A stretch of DNA of 27,561 nucleotides, from positions 1 to 27,561 of the forward strand of contig JAJZEL010000078.1 in the NCBI GenBank assembly GCA_021828575.1, given 5' to 3'. Origin of the DNA: Pseudomonadota bacterium (GTDB taxonomy: Bacteria; Pseudomonadota; Gammaproteobacteria; Burkholderiales; Ferrovaceae). Position 1 is the first letter of the stretch; every line of letters starts with the position of its first letter. Below the pieces are notes generated by a model, which was not told the origin of the DNA, did not search any database, and saw nothing but the letters and a program-made list of their open reading frames with translations. Shown here one piece after another: positions 1-10,504 of the stretch. A program made the translations under genes and the position numbers.

Positions 1-961
1 AACCATCAGCATGTCCAAATGCTCGTCGATCGTGTTGACCGTATAAGGCCTTGTCGGATTTGTGGATGAAGGCAGCACGTTCTTCAGACCCACCGCCCTG
101 ATGATGTCAGGCGCATGCCCCCCCCCCGGCCCCCTCGGTATGAAACGTATGGATCGTCCGTCCCTTGAAGGCCGCCAGGGTCGATTCCAGAAAACCGGAT
201 TCATTGAGGGTGTCCGTATGAATGGCGACCTGTACATCATGCCGATCGGCAACGGACAGGCAATTATCAATGGCTGCCGGCGTACTTCCCCAGTCTTCAT
301 GGAGTTTGAGCCCGATCACTCCGGCCTCGATCTGCTCAATGACCGGTTGCGGTACGGAGACGTTGCCTTTTCCCAGGAACCCGAAATTCATGGGAAAGGC
401 TTCAGCAGTCTGGAGCATGCTGTGAATATGCCAGGGCCCAGGCGTGCAGGTGGTTGCAAATGTCCCTGTGGCAGGGCCGGTTCCCCCTCCCAGCAAGGTC
501 GTCACTCCAGAGCTCAGGGCCTCTTCGATCTGCTGAGGGCAGATGAAATGAATGTGGCTGTCGATGCCACCCGCAGTCACCAGCAATCCTTCCCCTGCGA
601 TGATTTCCGTGGCAGCCCCAATGGGAATCGTCACGCCTGGTTGTATGTCAGGATTTCCCGCTTTGCCTATGCCCCAAATTTTCCCTGCCTTGATGCCCAG
701 ATCAGCCTTGATGATCCCGGTGTTGGGATCCATGATCACCGCATTGGTGATGACGGTATCGGCCACTTCTGCCGCATTCAGTTGCGATTGTCCCATGCCG
801 TCACGAATGACCTTTCCGCCACCAAATTTGACCTCCTCACCGTAAACGGTGCGATCCTCTTCTATTTCGATCCAGAGTTCGGTATCGGCCAGACGCAGCC
901 GATCACCCACCGTCGGACCAAACATCTCCGCATAGGAACGACGGTCCATTGTATTGGCCAT
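1..961 (-). CDS. ureC: Urease alpha subunit, 5' part; frameshifted at the G10 tract (118-127) and running off the window edge
   Basis: ATG at 961 ([27 protein letters not shown]). Metal-ligand motifs [28 protein letters not shown] and [11 protein letters not shown] are present. After the tract, another frame (117 to 1) reads [39 protein letters not shown], the canonical UreC continuation. Confidence 0.97.
118..127 (-). repeat. G10 homopolymer (C10 on + strand) encoding the Gly-Gly-Gly of EGAGGGH; one base longer than in-frame
   Basis: Counted directly: c118-c127. GCC GGG GGG GGG CAT requires only 9 G. Confidence 0.9.
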
Positions 962-966
962 GAGAC

Positions 967-1557
967 TCACCCCCCCATGCCAACCCAGGCAAAAGCAAAC
1001 ACCCCCAGGCCTACCCAACGGGTTCTTGTTTCAGATCGCCGAACCCACTGACCCAGTAACACACCAAAACATAGCAAAAACCCTGTGGCCAAAAGGAATC
1101 CTGAAAAATAGCTCGACGGGCTTGTCCTCAGCGGAATTTCGAGACCATGGGCCAGTCCATGCCACAAAGCAAAGCTCGTTGCCACACAGACACGCACTAA
1201 CATGGGGAATGGCTTTGCCCACAAAAGGAGCGTACCCGTTGCCAGCACGCTGGCCATCAAGGTGGATTCCACGCCATCAGGCGCCATCCCCAATACGCCC
1301 ATGCTTGCTCCCATCAGCATTCCTGACAGAAAAGCCATCAGAACTCCAATACGCTGACGAACGGAAGCGGCCAGTGAAGCCCAGATACCCATGGAAGTCA
1401 TGCCAACCACATGGTCCAGGCCCGTGAAAGGATGCGCCAACCCTTCCAGAAATCCGCCACCCCCGTGACCCGGGTGAGCAAAAGCAAAACCCGGAAGCAA
1501 CGAAATCACGGCACAAACCGTGGCGTACATGATTTTCCGTTCATGGTCCTGTTTCAT
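967..1557 (-). CDS. ureJ: HupE/UreJ family nickel transporter / urease accessory protein
   Basis: Signal-like N-terminus, AHPGH...[11 protein letters not shown] motif, second [12 protein letters not shown] motif, hydrophobic helices. ATGA overlap with the ureB stop. Confidence 0.93.
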   Translation of the reverse strand: MKQDHERKIMYATVCAVISLLPGFAFAHPGHGGGGFLEGLAHPFTGLDHVVGMTSMGIWASLAASVRQRIGVLMAFLSGMLMGASMGVLGMAPDGVESTLMASVLATGTLLLWAKPFPMLVRVCVATSFALWHGLAHGLEIPLRTSPSSYFSGFLLATGFLLCFGVLLGQWVRRSETRTRWVGLGVFAFAWVGMGG

Positions 1558-1859
1558 AATGCCCCCTGAATTTTCCCCTGAAATCCGAATACCCTCCGGC
1601 TGCCGCCAAAGGCCACTAATTCCACCACGCGCTCCTGGCCAGGCTCAAAACGCACGGCCGTTCCCGCTGCAATGTTCAATCGCATGCCTCTGGCTTTTTC
1701 ACGATCAAAATACAAAGCGTCATTGACCTCATGAAAATGGTAGTGAGAGCCTACCTGTACGGGTCGATCGCCGCGATTGGCCACTGTCAGGACAACCGTT
1801 TCGCGATTGGCATTCAAAACAATGCCTGCATCCTGCAACATCCATTCGCCCGGTATCAT
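1554..1859 (-). CDS. ureB: Urease beta subunit
   Basis: MIPGE start, [32 protein letters not shown]. Confidence 0.98.
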   Translation of the reverse strand: MIPGEWMLQDAGIVLNANRETVVLTVANRGDRPVQVGSHYHFHEVNDALYFDREKARGMRLNIAAGTAVRFEPGQERVVELVAFGGSRRVFGFQGKIQGAL

Positions 1860-1867
1860 CTTGTCCC

Positions 1868-2170
1868 CTATACGATAGGTTGATGGACGGTCACCAGTTT
1901 CGTGCCGTCCGGGAACGTGGCTTCGATCTGAACATCCGGAATCATTTCCGGAACACCTTCCATGACATCCTCACGACCCAGTAACTGGGCTCCGTAACTC
2001 ATCAACTCAGCCACCGTTTTCCCATCTCTCGCCCCTTCCATGAGAGCTGCCGTAATATAGGCCACCGCCTCCGGATAATTCAGTTTCAAACCACGAGCCC
2101 TGCGCCTTTCAGCCACCAGGGCAGCAGTGAATAACAACAATTTGTCTTTTTCACGAGGCGTCAGATCCAT
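1868..2170 (-). CDS. ureA: Urease gamma subunit
   Basis: [38 protein letters not shown]; 100 aa. Confidence 0.98.
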   Translation of the reverse strand: MDLTPREKDKLLLFTAALVAERRRARGLKLNYPEAVAYITAALMEGARDGKTVAELMSYGAQLLGREDVMEGVPEMIPDVQIEATFPDGTKLVTVHQPIV

Positions 2171-2176
2171 AACCGT

Positions 2177-3013
2177 TCATGTTCTCCAGATACGCGGCCT
2201 TTCCACTGAACGACCCAGCAATTGGGGTCTCAAAACGCGCCAAATCTCGGTGAACCACGATTTTGCCGTGACTGATGAGTCACCCAGAATACGAGCAATA
2301 AACATGCCATCCACCAATGTAATCCCTGCCTGTGCAGCGTCACCCACAGGAATCTTTCGGCAGGTGTCCACCGCACTTTTTTTCAATGTCTCCGCACAAG
2401 CCACCAGGGTTCCTGTCACCGTATGTCCCGATAAGCCAGTCAAACTTTTCATGACGGGCTCCTGTGCGTCGAAACGCGCACGATCCAAAAGCACCACACG
2501 CCCATCGCGGGAAATTTTCAGAGAAGAACGAACTTGGCCACGAGTAAAAGACTCCCCGGAATGATGCCGACCGAAGCAAAATACATCCCATCCAATCATG
2601 GCAGCCCCTGATTCAAGCTCGATTTCCGTGGTCATATCAGCCCAGCATCGGTCAAAAAAAATCGTTTCCTGCGGAAACCATTCGAGCACCGCCCGAGAGC
2701 CGACGTGCAGTTGAACCGTCTGGTACGCCGGCCGGCAGTCGTTGCGATACCATTTGCTTGCCCCTGGATTGGTGAACAATACGTGTGCCTTTTCTTCCAG
2801 GCGGACACGAAACCGGAGATTGTCACCTCCCACGATTCCCCCTGGAGGATGCAGCAGCAACGTGTGACACACCTCCCGTCCTTCGGGGTACAGGGCTTTC
2901 TGTACCCTGAGAGGCCCCTCGTGTGATTTGTGACGGAGCACGGTACCCCAATCCGTTCTGTCGTATTTCAAGGAGAGGCTGGCATGCCACTCCTCGTTTG
3001 TAGCGTTATGCAT
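2177..3013 (-). CDS. ureD: Urease accessory protein UreD
   Basis: HEGPLRVQKALYPEG, LLHPPGGIVGGD, GASKWY, LEWFPQETIFF, RPRIWRT C-terminus; lies directly upstream of ureA. Confidence 0.95.
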   Translation of the reverse strand: MHNATNEEWHASLSLKYDRTDWGTVLRHKSHEGPLRVQKALYPEGREVCHTLLLHPPGGIVGGDNLRFRVRLEEKAHVLFTNPGASKWYRNDCRPAYQTVQLHVGSRAVLEWFPQETIFFDRCWADMTTEIELESGAAMIGWDVFCFGRHHSGESFTRGQVRSSLKISRDGRVVLLDRARFDAQEPVMKSLTGLSGHTVTGTLVACAETLKKSAVDTCRKIPVGDAAQAGITLVDGMFIARILGDSSVTAKSWFTEIWRVLRPQLLGRSVERPRIWRT

Positions 3014-3016
3014 GAA

Positions 3017-4051
3017 TTACCCAAAAGCACCAGGACGAGGGATGCCAGGAACAGGGCACTCCTCTGTACCCACCATGCTACGAGTCAGGGACTCCACTTT
3101 TCGCCGCGCCTCTTCCGGATCATTGACCCACTGTTTGTAGAAATCGTATGGACAAGTGGCGATCCCGGACTGTTCCTGACCTGAGTTGATGAGGCCTGTG
3201 TAACCTCTATGAAGGAGTTTGAACAAATGGTTCTGTGATTGCCCATGACGTCGAAAATCCCGTATCAGTTGTTTTGAAAGGGCTGCGTACTGAACTCCAT
3301 TTTCTTCTTCGCCGCATTCCCCCAACGTACGACCATCAAAACCGATGATGGCTGAATGACCAAAGTAGGAATAAACGCCATCAAATCCGGAGGCATTGGC
3401 AACCGCCACATAAGTGTTGTTGGCAAACGCCATGGCTTTGGACACGATGATCTGCTGTTCTTTGGCCGGATACATGTACCCTTGGCAACGCACGATCAGT
3501 TCAGCCCCTTTCATGGCGCAGTCCCGCCATATTTCGGGGTAATTCCCATCGTCACATATGATCAGGCTGATTTTCAGTCCTTTCGGCCCCTCCGAGACAT
3601 AAGTCTGGTCGCCAGGATACCAACCCTCGATGGGCGTCCATGGCATGATCTTCCGGTACTTCTGGACGATGTCCCCTCGATTGTTCATGAGGACGAGGGT
3701 GTTGTAAGGCGCTTTTCGTGGATGCTGTTCGTGCCGTTCTCCGGTCAGGGAAAACACGCCCCAGACATTGGCCTTGCGACAGGCCTCAGCAAAGACTTCC
3801 GTTTCTTCACCTGGAATGACGGACGCCGTGTCATACATTTCATGAGGGTCATACATGATGCCGTGAGTGCTGTACTCGGGAAAAATCACCAGATCCATTC
3901 CCGGCAACCCGGTCTTCATGCCCACCACCATGCGCCCAATGGCGCGGGCATTCTCGATCACCTCGGCTTTTGTGTGAAGCCTTGGCATTCTGTAGTTCAC
4001 TACCGCCACACCCACCGTGTCATGACTGCTTGAAATGTCGCCGTGTATCAT
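3017..4051 (-). CDS. amiE: Aliphatic amidase (nitrilase superfamily)
   Basis: N-terminus [27 protein letters not shown] resembles Pseudomonas AmiE. Glu-Lys-Cys triad motifs FPEYS, YRKIMPW and ICDDG are present. Confidence 0.95.
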   Translation of the reverse strand: MIHGDISSSHDTVGVAVVNYRMPRLHTKAEVIENARAIGRMVVGMKTGLPGMDLVIFPEYSTHGIMYDPHEMYDTASVIPGEETEVFAEACRKANVWGVFSLTGERHEQHPRKAPYNTLVLMNNRGDIVQKYRKIMPWTPIEGWYPGDQTYVSEGPKGLKISLIICDDGNYPEIWRDCAMKGAELIVRCQGYMYPAKEQQIIVSKAMAFANNTYVAVANASGFDGVYSYFGHSAIIGFDGRTLGECGEEENGVQYAALSKQLIRDFRRHGQSQNHLFKLLHRGYTGLINSGQEQSGIATCPYDFYKQWVNDPEEARRKVESLTRSMVGTEECPVPGIPRPGAFG

Positions 4052-4072
4052 GGCCCTGTCCTTGTTCCCGGT

Positions 4073-4387
4073 TCAATGGCTGATCATCCATGGACGTTTA
4101 TGGGAAAATCCTTTCGGGGTTTTGAGTTCAGGTTCTCTGCCGCTGCAACAGGAACAGCCCCGCCCATGCAGTACGTGCTTATGGGTGGGTTCATGTGCGG
4201 ATTTCTCATTGACCGCCATGGCTTTCCGGCGGTAATCCGCTCCGTCAAAAACATTGGGAGCTGCCACAACCCTTCGCCTTGACAATGATCCGCAAGATGA
4301 ACAACACTGCTCCGAATCACGGGCGCTGATACGCAACAGACGGTCAAAAGGTCCGCAGTTCGGACACACAAAATCGTAAGTGGGCAT
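4073..4387 (-). CDS. fmdB: FmdB-family zinc-ribbon protein
   Basis: MPTYDFVCPNCG...CCSSCGS zinc ribbon, His/Cys-rich segment, C-terminal RPWMISH; starts 2 bp after fmdA. Confidence 0.9.
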   Translation of the reverse strand: MPTYDFVCPNCGPFDRLLRISARDSEQCCSSCGSLSRRRVVAAPNVFDGADYRRKAMAVNEKSAHEPTHKHVLHGRGCSCCSGREPELKTPKGFSHKRPWMISH

Positions 4388-4389
4388 GT

Positions 4390-5622
4390 TCAAGCCTTGT
4401 CATAGGCTATGGGCATGCTGGGACCGCCTTTTATGAACGCCGTGGGGCCTGAAGCATTGGGATGGATATCAAACTCGAAGATCTCTGTCGGCAACCATAA
4501 GGTTGCGCAGGAGTTGGGAATATCCACAACGCCGCTGATATGACCCTGAACAGGCGCAGTGCCCAAAATGGAGTAGGCTTGTGACCGGGAGTACCCGAAT
4601 TTCGTCAGATATTCGATGGCATTGAGGCAAGCCTGCTGGTAAGCCACGTTCACATCCAGGTAATGCTGTTTTCCCGCATCATCCACCGAGATACCCTCAA
4701 AGATCAGGTAGTCCTGATAGTGGGGCGTGATCGGGCTGGGCCTGAAAATGGGGTTCTTGATACCATATTTCGCCATGCCGTCCTTGATGATCCCGACTTT
4801 CATATGCACCCACCCGGCCATTTCGATGGCGCCACAAAAAGTGATTTCGCCATCCCCCTGACTGAAGTGCAGATCTCCTACCGATAGCCCCCCTCCCTTC
4901 ACGTACACGGGAAAGTAGATTTTTGATCCTCGCGACAAATCCTTGATGTCGCAGTTTCCTCCGTGCTCACGTGGGGGGACGGTACGGGCACCTGCCATGG
5001 CCGCTTTTTCCTTGTCCTTTCCTTTCAGCTTTCCCATATGCGCTGTGGATGGAAACGGGGGGTTGGCCAATGGGGGAACACGCAGTGGGTTGGTGTCGAT
5101 CAAGGCTTGTTCTCTGCTATTCCATTGATCCAGAAGGGCATGGCTTGGCAAGCATCCAATCAGTCCCGGATGAATCAGTCCGGCGTAACTTACCCCGGGC
5201 ACATGGCGACTCCTGGTGAACATGCCCTGAATGTCCCAGATCGACTTTTGCGCATTGGGAAAGTGCTCTGTCAAAAAACCGCCACCGTTCTGCTTTGAAA
5301 AAAACCCGTTGAACCCCCAAAGACTATCGCTTTTTGCTCCAATATCAAGCAGGTCAACCACCAGCAAGTCACCCGGTTCGGCACCGCGAACACCCACCGG
5401 GCCGGACAGGAAATGCACGATGGACAAATCAATGTCGCGCACATCCTCGGCGCTGTCATCATTCTTGATGAATCCGCCCGTCCAGTCATAAGTCTCCAGA
5501 ATGAAGTCATCCCCTGGACCTACCCAGCACGCCATGGGGATGTCAGGATGCCAGCGGTTGTGAATCATCTCGTTTACATAGGGAGAGTCGTTGAGATTCA
5601 CCTTGATGAGGGTATCGGTCAT
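4390..5622 (-). CDS. fmdA: Formamidase (acetamidase/formamidase family), 410 aa
   Basis: AGGAG upstream of ATG 5622. Motifs HNRWHPDIP, PPREHGGNCDIKDL and GDLHFSQGDGEITFCGAIEM. Confidence 0.95.
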   Translation of the reverse strand: MTDTLIKVNLNDSPYVNEMIHNRWHPDIPMACWVGPGDDFILETYDWTGGFIKNDDSAEDVRDIDLSIVHFLSGPVGVRGAEPGDLLVVDLLDIGAKSDSLWGFNGFFSKQNGGGFLTEHFPNAQKSIWDIQGMFTRSRHVPGVSYAGLIHPGLIGCLPSHALLDQWNSREQALIDTNPLRVPPLANPPFPSTAHMGKLKGKDKEKAAMAGARTVPPREHGGNCDIKDLSRGSKIYFPVYVKGGGLSVGDLHFSQGDGEITFCGAIEMAGWVHMKVGIIKDGMAKYGIKNPIFRPSPITPHYQDYLIFEGISVDDAGKQHYLDVNVAYQQACLNAIEYLTKFGYSRSQAYSILGTAPVQGHISGVVDIPNSCATLWLPTEIFEFDIHPNASGPTAFIKGGPSMPIAYDKA

Positions 5623-5641
5623 TATGAACTCCTGAATTGGA

Positions 5642-6346
5642 TTAAACGGACAAATACTTGCTGATGATGCTTTCATCCACGTTGGCCCTGACATCCTGGT
5701 AGACGAATCTTCCCTTATCGATCACGAAGAAGCGGTCTGCGATCTCCATGGTGAAACTCAGGACCTGCTCTGAAACAATGATGGTCAGACCTTTCAACTG
5801 TCTTATTTCCTTCAGGGTTTTTGCGATGTCCTTGATGATTGACGGTTGAATCCCCTCTGTCGGTTCGTCAAGCAAAAGGACTTTGGGTCCCGTCACCAGA
5901 GCCCGGGCTATGGCCAACTGCTGTTGCTGCCCCCCGGAAAGATTGCCTCCCTTGCGCGAGCGCATCTCATGAAGCACAGGAAACAGGGCATAAATATCAT
6001 CGGGCACCTGATTTCCCTGAAACCCTGAAGGAAGGCCGGTCTGGATGTTTTCCAATACCGTCATGTTCGAAAAAATCATCCTGCCCTGTGGCACATAGGC
6101 AATGCCGTTTCTCACCCGACTGAAAGGCTCCATGCCGTCAAGCGATCGCCCATCCACTTTCACTTCTCCGGACATGGCGGGAATGATCCCCATCAGGGTT
6201 TTGAAAAGGGTGGTTTTACCCATTCCGTTGCGACCCATCACCGCCACGATTTCCTGCCTTCCCACCTCCATCGAAATACCATTGATGACCTTGCTTTGTC
6301 CGTATCCCGCCTCCAGGCCACTGACGGAAAACATGGTGTTCGACAT
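5642..6346 (-). CDS. urtE: Urea/amide ABC transporter ATPase
   Basis: Walker A GRNGMGKT, signature LSGGQQQ, Walker B LLLDEPTEGIQPS. Confidence 0.92.
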   Translation of the reverse strand: MSNTMFSVSGLEAGYGQSKVINGISMEVGRQEIVAVMGRNGMGKTTLFKTLMGIIPAMSGEVKVDGRSLDGMEPFSRVRNGIAYVPQGRMIFSNMTVLENIQTGLPSGFQGNQVPDDIYALFPVLHEMRSRKGGNLSGGQQQQLAIARALVTGPKVLLLDEPTEGIQPSIIKDIAKTLKEIRQLKGLTIIVSEQVLSFTMEIADRFFVIDKGRFVYQDVRANVDESIISKYLSV

Positions 6347-6361
6347 GGCGCTCTCCCTGGC

Positions 6362-7102
6362 TCAATGGCCCAGATAAACTTCAATGACTTTGGGGTTTTC
6401 CTGCACAGCCTCCATGCTGCCTTCGGCCAGCAATTTCCCCTGGTGCAAGACAGTCACTTTATGTGCAATGCGCTTCACAAATTCCATGTCATGTTCAATC
6501 ACGATCAGTGACCTTCCTTTCGCGATCATGCTGAGCAGGCTGGCCGTTTTTTCACGTTCCACAACACTCATTCCCGCCACAGGCTCGTCGAGCATCAGCA
6601 ACGCCGGGTCCTGGATGAGCAACATGCCAATTTCAAGCCATTGCTTCTTTCCGTGGCTCAACAAACCTGACATCGTGTCAAGGTGTTCTTCAAGGAAAAT
6701 CATTTTTGCCGTGTCCATGATTTTCTGTTCAACCTCAGGAGTGCGCTTGAACAACAAAGACCCCAGGACGCTCCTTCCCTTCGGATAAGAAATTTCCAGA
6801 TTCTCCAGAACGGTCAGGTTTTCATAGATGGATGGGGTCTGAAATTTTCGCCCGACACCCAGTTGCACCAGCCGATATTCCGGCAATCGGGTCAGTTCAA
6901 CCCCCCTGAACTCAATGGACCCGGAAGTGGCTTTTGTTTTCCCGCAAATCAGATCAAGAACAGTGGTTTTTCCTGCCCCATTGGGCCCGATGATCACCCG
7001 AAGCTCATTTTCTTCGATGTATAAATTGAGACCATCCACGGCCTTGAATCCATCAAATGACACGGTCAGCCCTTCAATGGATAACGCGATCTTGTTTGGC
7101 AT
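6362..7102 (-). CDS. urtD: Urea/amide ABC transporter ATPase
   Basis: LTVSFDGFKA, GPNGAGKTT, GRKFQTPS, LSHGKKQWLEIGM, LDEPVAGM. Confidence 0.93.
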   Translation of the reverse strand: MPNKIALSIEGLTVSFDGFKAVDGLNLYIEENELRVIIGPNGAGKTTVLDLICGKTKATSGSIEFRGVELTRLPEYRLVQLGVGRKFQTPSIYENLTVLENLEISYPKGRSVLGSLLFKRTPEVEQKIMDTAKMIFLEEHLDTMSGLLSHGKKQWLEIGMLLIQDPALLMLDEPVAGMSVVEREKTASLLSMIAKGRSLIVIEHDMEFVKRIAHKVTVLHQGKLLAEGSMEAVQENPKVIEVYLGH

Positions 7103-7103
7103 C

Positions 7104-8249
7104 TCACACCCTCGCATTTTCATTGAGTTGTTCGGGAATCCCTTTGCCGCCTTTCACCTTCATCATCCACCGACGTTGGCGTGGCTCAACATAAGTCTTG
7201 TACAAACCTGACAAGCCTTCAGGGAACATCATCACCACGCCCACAAACAGAAAGCCCATGAAAAATAACCATAACGTGGGAAACGTTTCCGAAAACGCCG
7301 TTTTCCCGTAATTCACCAAAAGCGCACCATAAACTGCTCCCACGAGAGACATCCGCCCTCCGACGGCCGCAAAAATCACCATCTCGATGGAAGGAACGAT
7401 GCCGATGATCGATGGAGACATGAAACCCACCTGAAGGGTGAACATGGCACCGCCCACAGAAGACACGACGGCGGCCAGGCAGAACACGAACACCTTGTAG
7501 CTGGACACATCGTAGCCAGAGAAACGCACCCGATCTTCCTTGTCTCTCAGGGCCAGCAGCAACCGCCCCAACTTTGTTGAAAGGACCACTTTTCCCAGAA
7601 TCACAGAAAGAATCAGCAACACCCCATTTACAAAGTAGAGGATGTACTTTGCTGAATCCGTGTTGATGTCCCATCCATGTAATGTCTTCAAATCCGTAAT
7701 GCCGTTGATGCCTCCGGTGAAACCCTGTTGCCCGACCACCAGAATGGTGACGATGGCGGCTATGGCCTGTGTGATGATGGAAAAGTAGACGCCACTGACC
7801 CGACGTTTGAACATGGATACCCCGATGACGTAGGCCGTCAAGGCGGGAATCACGACAATGGCGAATAACGTGAAGATAAAGCTGTGGAAAGGTTCCCAGA
7901 AAAGCGGCAATTGCGTCACCTGATTCCAGTCCATGAAATCAGGAATTCCCGGGGTGGTCTGATGAGCCGTGCTGACGGGATCCGATGCTTCAAGCTTGAG
8001 GAACATGGCCATGCAATAGCCGCCAATCCCGAAAAAAATGCCCTGGCCAAGACTCAGGATTCCTCCATACCCCCACAGCATGACCAACCCCACTGCGCAA
8101 TAGGCAAATGTCAGATATTTCCCCATCAGGTTAAGTCGAAAAATATCCAGCGCAAGAGGAAAAACAACAAGGATGATGACAGCCATCACCAGCAAATCCA
8201 CGAACCCTGGTTTACCCAGCACAGCTTTTCCAAACCCTTTCATGGCCAT
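7104..8249 (-). CDS. urtC: Urea/amide ABC transporter permease
   Basis: WGYGGILSLGQGIFFGIGGY, GIPDFMDW, GVYFSIITQA, SIEMVIFAAVGGR; multiple hydrophobic segments. Confidence 0.93.
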   Translation of the reverse strand: MAMKGFGKAVLGKPGFVDLLVMAVIILVVFPLALDIFRLNLMGKYLTFAYCAVGLVMLWGYGGILSLGQGIFFGIGGYCMAMFLKLEASDPVSTAHQTTPGIPDFMDWNQVTQLPLFWEPFHSFIFTLFAIVVIPALTAYVIGVSMFKRRVSGVYFSIITQAIAAIVTILVVGQQGFTGGINGITDLKTLHGWDINTDSAKYILYFVNGVLLILSVILGKVVLSTKLGRLLLALRDKEDRVRFSGYDVSSYKVFVFCLAAVVSSVGGAMFTLQVGFMSPSIIGIVPSIEMVIFAAVGGRMSLVGAVYGALLVNYGKTAFSETFPTLWLFFMGFLFVGVVMMFPEGLSGLYKTYVEPRQRRWMMKVKGGKGIPEQLNENARV

Positions 8250-8260
8250 ATCCCCTTCGC

Positions 8261-9184
8261 TTATCGCCGAACCTTGCTTCTCAACAACCCTTCAGGGCGC
8301 ATCATCAGAATGGCAATGATGGTCAGCAGGGTGACGACTTTCCCCATCGCATTGGTCAGGAAGAAAGTCAGGATGGATTGCGCCTGCGCAATCGTGAATG
8401 CCGATGCGATCGTTCCGAACAGGCTGGCCGTACCCCCGAACACGACCACGAGAAAGGTATCAACGATATAAAGCGAACCACTGGTGGGTCCTGTGGATGC
8501 AATTGTGGTGAAACAGGCCCCGGCAACACCGGCAATTCCGCACCCAATGGCAAACGTCACCCTGTCGACCATTTTCGTGTTGATGCCAACAGCGCTCGCC
8601 ATGACGCGGTTCTGGGTCGTTGCGCGCACCTTGAGACCCCATTTCGATTTGAACAGGAACAGTCCGACCATTGCAGTCACCAGCATGGACATTGCCATGA
8701 CGAACAATCCATTAAGGGGAATGTCAATGTCCGGCGTTGGCTTCCATGCCCCCATCAACCAGTCAGGCAACGTCGCACTGACTTCCCTGGCGCCAAAAAA
8801 AGACCGGAACACTTGCTGCAATATCAGGCTGAGACCCCAGGTGGCCAACAGGGTGTCCAAAGGTCGTTTATAAAGATGCCGTATCAACAGGAATTCGAGC
8901 AGGTATCCGACAAAAAAGGCAATCAAGAAAGACGCCAGAATGGCCACAATGAAGTAGTACGGCATGAATGACGGAAAATGCCGTTCCGTGAATCTCGACG
9001 TCATGTAAATCGTGTATGCCCCTATGGTCATGAACTCCCCATGGGCCATGTTGATAACCCCCATCTGACCGAAAATAATGGCCAGGCCAAGCGCCATGAG
9101 CAACAGGACACTGAACAAACTCAGTCCCGAGAAACCTTGCATGACCAGTATCGAAAAAAGGTCTGATAAAGAATAGCCGTCCAT
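8261..9184 (-). CDS. urtB: Urea/amide ABC transporter permease (short form, 307 aa)
   Basis: ALGLAIIFGQMGVINMAHGEF, DTLLATWGLSL, YIVDTFLVVVFGG. Confidence 0.93.
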   Translation of the reverse strand: MDGYSLSDLFSILVMQGFSGLSLFSVLLLMALGLAIIFGQMGVINMAHGEFMTIGAYTIYMTSRFTERHFPSFMPYYFIVAILASFLIAFFVGYLLEFLLIRHLYKRPLDTLLATWGLSLILQQVFRSFFGAREVSATLPDWLMGAWKPTPDIDIPLNGLFVMAMSMLVTAMVGLFLFKSKWGLKVRATTQNRVMASAVGINTKMVDRVTFAIGCGIAGVAGACFTTIASTGPTSGSLYIVDTFLVVVFGGTASLFGTIASAFTIAQAQSILTFFLTNAMGKVVTLLTIIAILMMRPEGLLRSKVRR

Positions 9185-9222
9185 GTTCAATCTCCACGAC
9201 AAACGAAGTGACCTGATGGGAG

Positions 9223-9248
9223 GGGATCGCCAGACCTCTGACGATCCC
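9223..9248. other. Intergenic stem-loop between urtA and urtB
   Basis: GGGATCG (9223-9229) pairs with CGATCCC (9242-9248), with inner CAG/CTG pairing. No U-tract. Its position after the binding-protein gene fits an mRNA-stabilising or attenuating hairpin (inference). Confidence 0.55.
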
Positions 9249-9256
9249 GGTTCTGG

Positions 9257-10504
9257 TCAATATCCTTTCGGGTAGGGGTTTGGCATGATGTAATCTGACG
9301 TATAGACAATGTTCGCCTGACCGTGGGTTTACCATTCTCCATTACGCAACTTCGTTTTCAGATGATGATTGGGCTCAAGGTAAATGAGTCCTTCCGGAGC
9401 ATCGAACGTGATTTTCCCGCTCTCTTCCGCCTTGACCACTTTGTCGGTATCAAAGCTTCCCGCCATTTCGACTGCTTTTTTCCACAACCATGGTCCTTCG
9501 TAAGCCGCTTGCGTCACATCACCGATTGGCGCATTTTCTCCCCACTTCGCATGAAATTGAGAAACAAACTTCTTGTTTTCCGGCGTATCAAGAGACTCAA
9601 AATACTTCATGGCGGAATAAAAACCCACCAGGTTTTCACCCCCGATGCCCTTGGCCTCATCCTCAGTCACCGAAAGCGTCAAAAGCGTCTGGTTACCGCC
9701 ATTGATCCCGGCCGCCTTGAGCTGTTTAAACCATGAAACATTGGACCCCCCTACGACTGCCGCATAGATGACATCCGGTTTCTTCAGGCGGATTTTGTTG
9801 ATCGTCGATCCGAATTCCGTACTGCCAAGAGCCGCATACTCTTCCCCGACAATCTTTCCGTGAAGCACGTTTTCGATGTACTTTCTGGCAAGCTTCATGG
9901 TGGTTCTAGGCCAGATGTAGTCAGATCCGATCAAGTAAAACGTCTTCGCATGCTTCGTTTTTGCCACCCAGTCGAGACCTGCAAATACCTGTTGGGTCGC
10001 TTCCTGTCCGGTATAGACCACATTCTTGGACTGCTCGAGCCCTTCATAAAAAGTGGGGTAATAAAGAAGGCCGTTATCTCTTTCCAAAACGGGAAGCACT
10101 GCCTTGCGGGATGCAGAAGTCCAACAGCCGAAAATGGCGGCCACATGATCAGATTCCAGGAGTTTTTTGGCTTTCTCCGCGAAGGTGGGCCAGTCTGACG
10201 CACCATCCTCCTGGATAACACGGATCTTACGCCCCAACACACCTCCCATGGCGTTGATCTGACTGATGGCCAACTGTTCAGCCTCAATGGCACCCGTTTC
10301 TGAAATGGCCATCGTTCCTGTTGAAGAATGCAGTTGTCCGACAACGACTTCCTTGTCCGTCACTGCAATGTTGCTCGCAGCTTGCGATGACTGCGCTGCA
10401 AACAGCACGTTCGCAATCATTCCCGCCAAAACACTTTTCACGAGAAGCTTCCTGAACTTCCGGGCTTCGGCAGGAAATCCTTGGTGACACGGAAAAAACG
10501 ACAT
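9257..10504 (-). CDS. urtA: Urea/short-chain amide ABC transporter substrate-binding protein (UrtA/FmdD type), with an internal TAA at 9329-9331
   Basis: AAGGAG upstream of ATG 10504. Motifs VGQLHSSTGTMAISE, EDGASDWPTFAEKA, GCWTSASRKAVLP, YPTFYEGLE and GSDYIWP. The frame continues after TAA as THGQANIVYTSDYIMPNPYPKGY to TGA at 9257. Confidence 0.93.

Noticed and set aside
62-1051. 329-aa + strand ORF
   Set aside because: Antisense shadow of ureC with no recognisable motifs.
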